This document shows positions 37,662 through 48,094 of a stretch of 64,000 bases of DNA, in pieces. Position numbers and translations under genes: made by a program. The notes below the pieces were generated by a model, which made no database searches, was not told the origin of the DNA, and saw only the letters and a program-made list of their open reading frames with translations. Within the stretch, counting starts at the first letter, position 1; the number at the start of each line of letters is the position of its first letter. The DNA lies in the NCBI GenBank assembly GCA_900088475.1, contig FLMG01000943.1, positions 57,402-121,401 of the forward strand, given 5' to 3'. This DNA is from Hyphochytrium catenoides. Taxonomy: Eukaryota > Protista > Hyphochytriomycota.

Positions 37662-40608
37662 TGCTCAAAAGCTGCGCAACAATCATGCTCAACTGCAGCA
37701 GCAGACAGGTAATCTTCCTCTCTCATTTTTTCTTTTCAATGAGTGTGACTTGTGTCCATGCCGCCGTGGTAAACGGTTGGCGAAATCCATTTATAAATTA
37801 CCTTGTTGTGCCTTGTTTGCTACCCGAAAGATTCCTGTTGACGGCATGTGTGGATGCTGAAAAAAGATAGGGATGCAATTGCTGCCGATTGACTTCGTTT
37901 CCTTCACCACAATATGGTCTCCACCCAGCAATAATAATGAGACGGACACAAACAGACCGCCCCGGTTGGTTAATAGCGCCTTGAAGAACTCAGCTCGTTC
38001 CATTAGAAGACGACAAGGCGGACATCCGTCGTGCACATGCAGACTGAACAACCTATAACCATAGGTAGACTACCTTTCAGCTTTCTCATGTGGCCAGACC
38101 ACAATAGCGTCGATGATTAGGATGGGCGGCGTTGGACATCAACTGTCACCAGCGCCGAGACGGGGTCCGTGCTGCCCACAGCAGAGACGTATGTAGGAGG
38201 TAGAGAGCCATAACCATAGACTGAGAAGAGATGTAGAACTAGAGGCAGCACAATCCAGTGTTGGAAATGACGACCAGCACCAAGCTGGAGATGATGGGGT
38301 GGGGCAATCTCAGAATCCCATGACACACCACAAAGCCAAAAGCTACCTCGAGAGCTTCACAGTGGGCCGTTTCACCTCAACTTGGAGCCTTTCAAAACTT
38401 CACTTTCAATCTGAAGAATTCACCACCTCTGGGTCAAACTATACACGGATGTGGTATAGCTACGACTGGAAATTTATTAAAAGAGAACGAAAGATTTGAG
38501 AGAAAATAGTAGTTACCTACGCCTTAAGGCCTTATTCCTCATTCTTCAATCATACAGATTTCCTGTTTCTATTCCTGTCTTCTGCTTTCTGCTGGACAAC
38601 AGGAAGCAAGCAACAATGAGGGTGAGGTGGTGGGTGGGAAGGGTGATGAGACGCTTGGTAAATTTAGTGAGTATCACCACTTTTTTTTACTGCTAGTAAG
38701 GCCTTAGGCAGGCCAGGAAAGACGCTTGGTACAAGCAGTTTGTTCCTAGTGCGGCCAGGGCCTCTGATCCGGAGCAGAAGGAGGAAGCAAAAGCTGTGGT
38801 GCAAAATCAAAGATGAATCTTATAATTCTCACAGCGACGACTCCGCAATCCTTAACTCCTTACCTTTCTCAGACGGCACAGCAGGTGGCTCTTGGCCAGC
38901 AGCAGTGATGAAGAGAAGTCTTTATCAACAACAACTAACCAGGCAGAAAGAACTCCGAACTAGATCCGAGACGAACCGTTCTTTCAGACCCAATTAATCT
39001 TTACTTTGTTATCAGTACCTACTCCCTGGGTTGTCTTCCGGTCAGGAAGGCTTATAGGATGGTGCACCTAACCAATGCTGCTCTTGCTGTATAGCAGTCA
39101 TTATTAGCAGGAGGACCTATCGGAAGAGCAGAAGAAGGAACAAGAATCAAAGAGATATGGAAAGATGGCATTTTCTATTATAAGCAAATACTCATGAGCA
39201 CCACCACCACGTGTGTGCAAGAAGAAGAAGAGGAGCTAGTCAAGATTCATTATGCGCTATGTTACTTACCCTTCGCGAGAAAATAGCCTTAAGCAGTTTA
39301 TCCAGTTATTACTACTACCACCATATCGCGAAGGGAGAAGTTGTTTTTTCGTGAGCCTTCTTATCAAAACCCTCTCGGTTGCGACCAGTAGTTGTGACAA
39401 AGAAAACGTAGTAGTCAAAAAATGAGTAACGAATGAAGATGCTCGCTGTCTGTTACTACTAATAATAACCAAAGATAATTGGTATTTGTGCTTGTTGAGC
39501 TGTTGGTAGGACAACAGGATGGCAAGACGACGACGTCCCCACCACCGCGGCGACCGCCCGCTCGTTCGCCCATCGGTCGTATGATTATGATCGCCGCTCA
39601 TCGGAGTTAACTAGAAGTCCCAAGCAGAAGAAGAAGGGAATTCAAGGAGTGAAGCGGAAAAAGATGCCGCACGAGGGCAAATTTCCGCCAGCGATTATCC
39701 TGAGGATGACGTTGGTTCTAATGACGATGATGATTGTGCGTACGCCTTTCTCATCAAAAGTTTCCTCTGTGGTATCATCAGATCATCAGCATTTCGCCTA
39801 CGAGATTAGCGTTACCGGCTTCTGTAACGGCCTCCATCCCCACCTTGTTGCCTCCTAACTTTGACAGCCCTATCAATAGACCATGATCTCAGCAAAGCAG
39901 CAGGGAGTCCGCTCTGGAGGTAGAAAGACCGGAGAGGTAAGGCAGGCAATTAGGGAGATTTGCGAGTGGTGCTAAGACACTCAGGATGAGGAGGGCCAGG
40001 CTGTCTCTCTCCCGTGTTGGTTCAAGTATCATAAGAGACCACCCCAGGTCAACGAGTTGAACGATGGCGTTTGTTGTCTCCACAGGCAGGACCTCCAGGC
40101 TGTTTCCAGCCGCTGCAGTCGACAGGTTATAATACTTTGATGGTGAGATATGCCAAGCAACAAGAGGAAGGGAAGATCTGTTGGCAGCAGTGATGATCAA
40201 CGAGAACCTAAAAGATTGATCATGACATAGGTACTAACAGAGGCAAGACCAAGCAGAATGGATGTTTGAACCCCTCATCCTACGAACCTCCCGATGCTCT
40301 TGTTCCGCATTCACCTTACTGTGATGAATGCGGCGAACAAGGACTGTTAGGGAGACCACCTTATGGCTTCTCGTCAGTCAGCGGAGTCTCCATCTGGCAT
40401 CATCCATCATGATCATCAGCGTCTAGCGAGAAGTGTAAACAACAAGGACTCCATAGAGTCTCTTGCAGAGGCGGTCTCCATGCTGAGATGGTCCAAAAGT
40501 GATGAAAAATAGTTCTTCTATTGCTCAGATGTCACACGCTGCTTTTATTATTGCGAAGAGTCTGTCAGGAAGCAGAAGTGGTGGACAACCGGACGACTTC
40601 CCGTAAGT

Positions 40609-42951
40609 ATGATGATCTATCCCCTGACAGATGGGACGGCCAGCGACGCCGACGCCCAAGGGCGCAGCAATGCCCAAGTGACAGTATTCTCATCAGAAGA
40701 GGAGCACAGAAGACTATCCAAAACAAGGAGTAGTAGCATGATCTTGTCATCTTCGCTTTTCAGGCTCTTACTAGTTTGCACCGTAAACTTTGTGGCAGCG
40801 ACAGTGTATATGTACGCTACTGCGACAATGTTTGTCTGGCTAGTGACGGGAACTTTTGAATGTGAACAGCAGCTCGATGAGTCGAACAGCTGGCGATGTG
40901 AGCGATATTGGTCAAGAGCTCATGCTCTCTTCACGGGGTATCCCGAGGTTGTTTCCTACTCCTGGGGCCGGACGCTCTACGACCTTACGGTTACCACTCC
41001 CATAACACAATCAATCCCTCTGGTGATGGTTTGGATCTCAACTAATGGAAAAGTGCAGGAAGTCCATAGCCTGACAGTTATCCTTGGCTTGCAAATGAGC
41101 AGCATTGCTACCTGCAGCCTGACCGTCATCGGCGAACTACTGGTTGACCACCGACTGATATATTGGAACTACATCGCACCCCTGTTGCTGACTTTTGCGT
41201 TTGCCAAAATTCACCTGGACTTCCTCGTCCATAAGAAGAAGACGAAGATAACTCTTGCCACGGCCGAGAAAGGCGATAAGGCGAGAGACAACGACAAGAT
41301 GAGATGTAATGCAGGGGAAAACAATGTTTGCACCAACCAACAGACCGCAAAGCTCGGTAGCAGTAATGGCTGGAGAGGTACCCGAATAGTTGCAGGTGAC
41401 TCAACACCCACAGCCTTTCTGCCACCTGGGACTGATGAGGTTGTGGAAGGGTCTCATCAGGAGGAGAGCACTAAAATTACCACCACTGTGCGCTACACGG
41501 CTACATGTGGCGAGGAGATGAAGCAAACCCATTCTTACGAGCAGCAAAAGGGCCCTATCACCACTAGTACAAAACCAAAACACCACTTAACCCATGCTGT
41601 TGGCTCCTCAACAAGAGACAGAAACACAGAAGAGGGTGCTAGCCGCGTTCACAAGGACTTAGCAGCCGCTCCAAGAGGGCTTAGTAACTGGGGCAGAGCA
41701 GAGCATCAACCAACAACAATGTTGCGCAGACCAGATCGTAAGGAGCTTAAGCTCATGTCCTATATTGCGTTCCCTTCCTTAGCGGCAATAGGATGTGGAC
41801 AATTGATTGCTAAGGCTGTTCTACCAATGCACATTAAACTCATTGCAACTGAGGGTTCAACACATGTGACAAGAGTGTTGTTCAGCTCCATCGCTATCCC
41901 AAGCGCGGTCTTCTTCTTCCAGACCGTTCTACGCATCATTAGCTATCGGCTGCATCATGAGGGCCTCTTCACCTTTGGAAAGCTCCATCGCAACCTCTTT
42001 CCGCAGATCTTCATTTTCAACCTCGTAGTCTTATGTCAACAACAGCTGCTCTGCTATGGTGATCTATCGTATGTGGCTGGCGTCTGCTTTTTGTCGGCTA
42101 CCATATCTCTTGCTGCTCTACTCTCTATCAGCATCCGGGACTCCTGCTTAGGCCTCCGGGCCCTGCGCAGTAAGCGTCTTTCCACCTCTTCCTCCTCTAC
42201 CGGTTGCAATAGTCACGAAAAAAGTACACGATCCTCTTTTTCCACTCCACGTCGTTCTTCGTCAGCTGACTTCCTTCAGAACCCTCACGCCGGACGGACA
42301 GCAAGCCCTCGAGTACTAGATTCGTCCACGTTTGGCAGCCGTGAACCTGACAAAGATGGTCGTACCTTGCGTGCTTCGGGGGTTGGAGGGAACACAATTC
42401 CTAGGCTGGAACAAGTTTCCCAAGGAAATGGATTACACCACCAAGGCGTCAGTCAGAAGAACTGTCGGTCGGCAGCAGTGACGTCTGACAAGCTAATAGG
42501 GCCTCCCCGTAAGCCAGGGGGCTCTGCTGCCACACCAGGGATGATGACTGTTTCTCGTGCCGTATATCTTTACGTTGCCTTCGTCATGATTTTCTCAAGG
42601 TTCGCTGGGATTGGCCTCAGCGCAGGAATAGAGCTCAAGACCATGGAGATTATATTGGGCGAAGCTAACCCACAGGTTACCAACGGTGACGTGTACACCC
42701 TAGCTATTCGGTCTGTCACCCCATCAGTACTAACACAACTGGCAGTGACAGTACTTCAAGCGATTGCCCTCATTTATCTCCTGCAACGAGTGGTTAAGAT
42801 AGACGTTCTCCAGTATTGGGCAAGCACTTCCAAGAAATATTTTCTCCCTGGCATCCTAATCCTTCCTTTCGTGATCGGCCCCTTTGCCTGTTCGCACGGC
42901 CTTATTTACGCTATCAAACGTGGCACATACTTCGCTCAGCAGCAACCCTAA
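40609..42951 (+). CDS. Uncharacterised ~11-TM membrane protein, paralog B (780 aa, intronless)
   Basis: Same architecture and colinear motifs as 35583-37661, e.g. AFP...IAK..LPM, FS..AIP..VF.FQ, SR.VYLY..F.M.F..F.GIG.S.GI, K.YFLP. Confidence 0.9.
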   Translation: MMIYPLTDGTASDADAQGRSNAQVTVFSSEEEHRRLSKTRSSSMILSSSLFRLLLVCTVNFVAATVYMYATATMFVWLVTGTFECEQQLDESNSWRCERYWSRAHALFTGYPEVVSYSWGRTLYDLTVTTPITQSIPLVMVWISTNGKVQEVHSLTVILGLQMSSIATCSLTVIGELLVDHRLIYWNYIAPLLLTFAFAKIHLDFLVHKKKTKITLATAEKGDKARDNDKMRCNAGENNVCTNQQTAKLGSSNGWRGTRIVAGDSTPTAFLPPGTDEVVEGSHQEESTKITTTVRYTATCGEEMKQTHSYEQQKGPITTSTKPKHHLTHAVGSSTRDRNTEEGASRVHKDLAAAPRGLSNWGRAEHQPTTMLRRPDRKELKLMSYIAFPSLAAIGCGQLIAKAVLPMHIKLIATEGSTHVTRVLFSSIAIPSAVFFFQTVLRIISYRLHHEGLFTFGKLHRNLFPQIFIFNLVVLCQQQLLCYGDLSYVAGVCFLSATISLAALLSISIRDSCLGLRALRSKRLSTSSSSTGCNSHEKSTRSSFSTPRRSSSADFLQNPHAGRTASPRVLDSSTFGSREPDKDGRTLRASGVGGNTIPRLEQVSQGNGLHHQGVSQKNCRSAAVTSDKLIGPPRKPGGSAATPGMMTVSRAVYLYVAFVMIFSRFAGIGLSAGIELKTMEIILGEANPQVTNGDVYTLAIRSVTPSVLTQLAVTVLQAIALIYLLQRVVKIDVLQYWASTSKKYFLPGILILPFVIGPFACSHGLIYAIKRGTYFAQQQP

Positions 42952-43394
42952 TAATCTTGAACTTGCTCTTACTACTAGGTATGGTAGACAATGGTATCTA
43001 ATCTGGCTAATCTAGTAGAAGGTTTATAAGAACAGCAAACACGGCATCAAAACAGCACCTGGATTTAGCGTCTTGGCGGAATGGGCCAGGCAGAAAATCT
43101 CAGCCCTATTTCCGACGCCTCACACCGCCGGTGCAATAAACAGCAGCGTTAACAAAATACCAAGTTCAATATACGAGAGCGGGAAACAGTGAGACATGAG
43201 ACATGTGAGGGGCTAAAGCAGACGATTTGAATGTAGACATTGTTACTGAGCTAAATGCACTACTACTTAGTCAGCAAGGATAAATAAAGCATGTACGAAG
43301 TGAAAAATCGACAAACATAGGGGCCGTTTGCGAGACGGTGAGATTGCAAAATCGAAGGCTACTCTTCTTGGGCTTAAGTGAGTGAAGGTTTGTC

Positions 43395-45788
43395 CTAGAG
43401 GTCACGTTGACCAGAGGTGCCGAGATGTGTGATGGTGCCCAAACCCCAGTGCTTCTCGAACCTCCACTCCAGATTATCTTTCAAAAGACGCTTAGATTGC
43501 GGCATGGCACACTCATCGTTGTATGAATTCCCTCCGGTTTTGCAACGGAAGACATAGTGATTATAGACGACGAACCAATTTGCTGGGACAAATTGGACCC
43601 AGCGGAGCCGATGTCCTGCAACCGCGCTAGGCGACTTGCCTAATAGAATGGATGCGTGCACTTCGAATGCTTTCTTGAGTAGATTGCCACGGGTGGTATA
43701 AAGATCAATGCCCTGATGCCAAAGAGTTTCTGCGATGCCTGAGAGGCCCCCAAGAGACATCTGTGCATGAACAACGTCCCTCTCGATGGTTTCACTGGTC
43801 AATCCGTCACCCTTCAGCACTTTCTCATATAGTCGCTTAGCGTTGGAGACGCTACGGTCAAATAGGACTTTGTTGTCAGTGAAAATAGCGTACTGGAGTT
43901 TGGCTTGCGTGATGGTGGTTCCCCAATTACCCTCTCCGGCCCATTCCGTTAGCATCCCGTTATCGTCATCAAAAAAGTTGAGATGTGGCATAAGAATTCT
44001 GTCTACAAAGCTCCTGAAGCGGCGTTCGACGTCGACATTGGACCAGCCAGAGTATGTGTGCTTCAATAGCTCCGCAGACATGGCAAAGCTTGCCAATCCC
44101 CACCCTGCTTCTAAGGGCCCGTTTTGCTCCATCGGACCGAATTTCTTGCAGGTAACGGACCATGCTTTGATAATCTGGACCGCTTTGGCGGCATATCTCT
44201 CCTGCCTGGTGAGTAAGTACGCGATGGTGTGCTTATAGCTACGCTCGGCATCCCCGGTGAAGTGCTCGTGACCACCAAACGCTCCCATTTTTACCTTCGC
44301 TTGAAACCATCCTCTTTTCCTCTGCAATGTCTGAACTGCGGCGCTGGACATTCTAGCTAGCTCACTCGGCCCGGGATTACCGATGACATAGACTTCTTCT
44401 CTAGCCTGTGGTGAAACTGTTAAGTCAGCAGCCACAAAGTCCAATAGCTTTCTAGTGCTGGTCTGCACAAGTTTCGAGTTGCTACGGAGCCCGCGAAGCT
44501 TTCTGATCTCTGCAATTGAAAGCATTGTACCCGGATGCTTGAACGTTTGACCTGTATCACCGTAGGAATTATCCAAAGTAGCCGCAGGATCAGAGTCACC
44601 TAATAACTGCGATTTAGATTTAGTTGAGGTCGGTTGGGGGGTGGGTTTTGGTTGAGGGAGAGGTCTAACAGGAGTAGGAGGAGGAGGATACCCCACAGTC
44701 GACGCTGGTGAACGCGGGGACGGCTTAGGTTTGTTCACGGCAGGAGGCGGCGGAGAGCTAGATGGCTTCACGTAGCCGTCGCTAACATCACGTTGAGCTT
44801 GAACATCCGGCCCTATGCGGTCAGACTCTGTTCCGTAATCATTGGTTATGTCTGGCACAGGAGATGGGGTTGGGGCAGCAATTTCTGGGAAGGATGGGCT
44901 AATGGGTCTAGGGTTTGGCAGTGGTCTTGGTGTGGTGGAGTCGTATCCATTACCGCTGCTTTCGGGTCCATTACTCTTTGTGATCGTTATTGGTCTGGTC
45001 AAAGTCGGCAAGAGGTCCTCCTCCGCTTCTTCAGGGCAGGGTGGATCTTTCGGAGAGGAATACCACTGAAGATTATCCGAAGGAGTATCTGAAGCGTCGG
45101 AGCTAATGGCATCCGGTGCTCCCTTCCCAAATATTCCTAAACCATTCCAACGACCGCTTAGGATAGTAGGTTGTGTCAACAAAGCTGGCATCATGGCGTT
45201 CCCTAAAATGATATCATGGGCGTTTACAGTACTATCATCTTTATCTGTGCTTGGTATGGGCTTGACAACAGGCGTGGGACTAGGACTCTCACCTCCGCCA
45301 TAATAGCCAATATTCTTGTCTTCGGCTTGTAACTCCGTTCCAGGCAGGAAGGGGGCTAAGTAGCCGGTAGCCTCCCGGATTGGAGTCATGGCATCAAAAG
45401 ACTGAGAGGTTCCGTCCGTGGAAGTTAACACACCCTCTGTGTCCGATGACTCCCATACGGAACCAATAGCGGACGACGGGGACCTAGTATTGACCTCGCG
45501 CAGAAAAGGTCCTGAGCTAGATTCCCGGTTCCAGCCATTCTGAAAGTTTTCATAGTCTTGAGTTTGGGGTACTTGAGGAAGCCAAGAGCCCTGACTATCT
45601 ATGCGTAGCGAAGGTAGGCCGAAGTTGTTCAACAATTGATTCACCGAACCCAGCATGTCCCAACCTCCGAGTGTCTTGCTACTTCCAACCTGAGGGGAAG
45701 CTAGATTTACGTTGCACCTTGCCGACGCTACCATAAGTAGTAGTAGTAGCATGGAGGAGAATACATATTCTCTAGCACAGGCGGTCAT
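43395..45788 (-). CDS. Secreted polysaccharide lyase-like protein (Alginate_lyase/PF05426-like C-terminal domain) with Pro/Ser/Thr-rich linker, intronless
   Basis: Signal-like MLLLLLMVASARC, then ~400 aa of P/S/T-rich linker. The C-terminal domain has FKHPG, YAAKAVQIIKAWS, AELLKHTYSGW, GNWG, ETIERDVVHAQMSLGGL..IAETLWHQGIDLY and WGLGTITH. Confidence 0.8.
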   Translation of the reverse strand: MTACAREYVFSSMLLLLLMVASARCNVNLASPQVGSSKTLGGWDMLGSVNQLLNNFGLPSLRIDSQGSWLPQVPQTQDYENFQNGWNRESSSGPFLREVNTRSPSSAIGSVWESSDTEGVLTSTDGTSQSFDAMTPIREATGYLAPFLPGTELQAEDKNIGYYGGGESPSPTPVVKPIPSTDKDDSTVNAHDIILGNAMMPALLTQPTILSGRWNGLGIFGKGAPDAISSDASDTPSDNLQWYSSPKDPPCPEEAEEDLLPTLTRPITITKSNGPESSGNGYDSTTPRPLPNPRPISPSFPEIAAPTPSPVPDITNDYGTESDRIGPDVQAQRDVSDGYVKPSSSPPPPAVNKPKPSPRSPASTVGYPPPPTPVRPLPQPKPTPQPTSTKSKSQLLGDSDPAATLDNSYGDTGQTFKHPGTMLSIAEIRKLRGLRSNSKLVQTSTRKLLDFVAADLTVSPQAREEVYVIGNPGPSELARMSSAAVQTLQRKRGWFQAKVKMGAFGGHEHFTGDAERSYKHTIAYLLTRQERYAAKAVQIIKAWSVTCKKFGPMEQNGPLEAGWGLASFAMSAELLKHTYSGWSNVDVERRFRSFVDRILMPHLNFFDDDNGMLTEWAGEGNWGTTITQAKLQYAIFTDNKVLFDRSVSNAKRLYEKVLKGDGLTSETIERDVVHAQMSLGGLSGIAETLWHQGIDLYTTRGNLLKKAFEVHASILLGKSPSAVAGHRLRWVQFVPANWFVVYNHYVFRCKTGGNSYNDECAMPQSKRLLKDNLEWRFEKHWGLGTITHLGTSGQRDL

Positions 45789-48094
45789 GACACCGCTTTT
45801 GGTTTGCTTGCTGTAGACTTCAATAGAAGGAGTGGATTCTCCAAGAACTTCACAGTGTTTGATCCTAACAATAGACAGCTCTTAGCTGGAGCGTCTAGAA
45901 TGATTCAAAGTTCTTTCGTTAGAACTCAACTGCAAATTCACTCTCTCCGGCCGACAGACGCGTATTGAGTGACCTGTAGAGGCGACGAAGAGGTCTTCCG
46001 TAGACCTATGGCCGAACCTTACTGATCTTGTGTTTGTTGTGTGACGGAAGCTCAGCATTAAGGACCGCTGTGTTACCGGTACCAGCTTAGAACAGGACAA
46101 CAGCGATAACAGTTCCGTCCCCTACTACCGATGACAACTCGTTATCGGTGCGCTTGAGAGAACAGATTGACGCTCTCCAACATGCTGCGACCTGGAGCAA
46201 GTAGAGTAGTCCTATCAAGGTGAGCGGCGAGCTCCTTACACTTGTCCCCTAGCTTTTTCTCTATAGTCATCCACGATGGAAATGAGTGTTACTTCGGAGG
46301 ATGTACTTCTTAGCTGAACAGCCAGAAGCTTTTTACGATAGTTTTTACAGGGGCTTTCCGTGAGCTTTCCCGAGCCTAAGATAAGGACTAAGCCGTATCA
46401 GTATTGTTTGCCTTGAGACCTCGGAGATAGAGGCATGCAGTTTGCTAGACGGACTGCAATGGGTAGAGCAGTACCGTTTTGAGAATAGGATACTTTCCTT
46501 CTTTCGAAACTTTCTCTTTCTGGGTACTTAATAAGTATGTCTCTCTTGATAAATTTCAACTCGAAACTCTCAATTGTGCCCTACCAGAACAGAGGAGCTG
46601 GTTGCCAACCGGCTCTTCGGTTGCCCGGGAGATTGGCATCGTCTGTTGTCCGAAAAGTACTGAACATCAGGAATAGCTATGTGCCGCTCGCTTGCCCTGT
46701 GCTTTGCATCTGTAGTGCGAAGTTCACGTGTGTGTGTCTACACTGTGTCTACCAGGATTGTGCGTGACCTCTCAATCATCGAGCCAGCTTCGTCAATGCT
46801 TAAAACAGCTAGAACCTACTGCTGTCCCACCACAATATTGGCTGGAGGAGGGGATGACCGTCATCAAGCCACCAGCTTGATAGCTATTTGAATGTGGTTG
46901 TAGCGTTGTAGTAGAGCTAGTCTTACAGGATTGCAGAGTCAGGACGTCAAGCTGGAAGTCAGTGCTGTCACATAAAGACGGATACTTCGCAGCTCCTCAC
47001 TGCTGGAACCTTGCTGATTCCTTTTCTCCCATGACATTGGTTCCCTTTCAACGAGCGTTGCTCAGTGTTGTCTCACAAACGTAAAGGTGGAGATGCTTGA
47101 TGAAGAGTCGGACTGGCATAAGTTGCTGATGGCGTAGAAAAGGTGTTTGTGTGACCTTGGGCCTCTTGAAGCACAACAGAAGTGTGTAACACCAGCTTCC
47201 AACGCATATTCTTCTTCACAGATCAAACCAGAGCTCCCAGTTCCTCACCAGTATGATAATGATAAAGCTCGCTATTGACAACGCATAGCAATGAGTGTCG
47301 CCGCCATCCATTGTTTTACGTTTGAAACAAGACCAACTGGAGGGCTCTCATCATCAGAATCTTTTAGGGTGGCGGGAGAACTTTCACTGATGCAATAATA
47401 CTCTTGATGGCTCTTGTTGGAGCCTCAACCACCACAGTGGTTCTAGTTGACATCGACAGACAAGAGAACAGGGCTTGCTGACATGTAGAGCCTCAGTGCG
47501 GGCAAGCTGGTGCATGAAACATTACTTTTCCTACTACCTACTAACATCGCGAAGATGCAAGAGTCAATTCTCTCTTTACCTCTCGCTTCCCATCATCAGG
47601 CCCCCTGACGCACTTCACTTTCTGCTTCTAACATATTCCCGATTAAGTAGCTCGCAGGCAATATTTTCAAGACAAAATCCGTTCGAGTCGACGGTAGATC
47701 ATGGCACTGTAAATAATCTCCTGCCTACGTATGCAAACAAACCCTAGGAAGCCTGTTATCACGAGTTTCTGACAATAACAAAGATGATCAATTAATTATC
47801 AACATCGCCTGCAAGTCAAGAAGCCCTACGGCCTAATAGAGTTATCTAGACCTGGGTGGTATAATGGCTCAGTAACAGCTATTTTGCGCTATATGTCACT
47901 GAATAGTGGGAGCGCCGCCCGGTGATGAGGAACAATGTACTAGGCAAGTAAATAGGGACAAGGATATTACAGCTATGATATGGGACAACGCTAACTAACA
48001 TCAGGACAGAGAAAGACGAGAGAGAAAGAGAAAATAGATAAATAGTAGCTAAAGCACACGGAAAAATGGACCAAGACAGTGCCGGACTGGATAT

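Noticed and set aside
46900-47420. Protein-like fragments on the minus strand (ESSPATLKDSDDESPP...)
   Set aside because: Short, interrupted by stops and without family similarity; not distinguishable from chance
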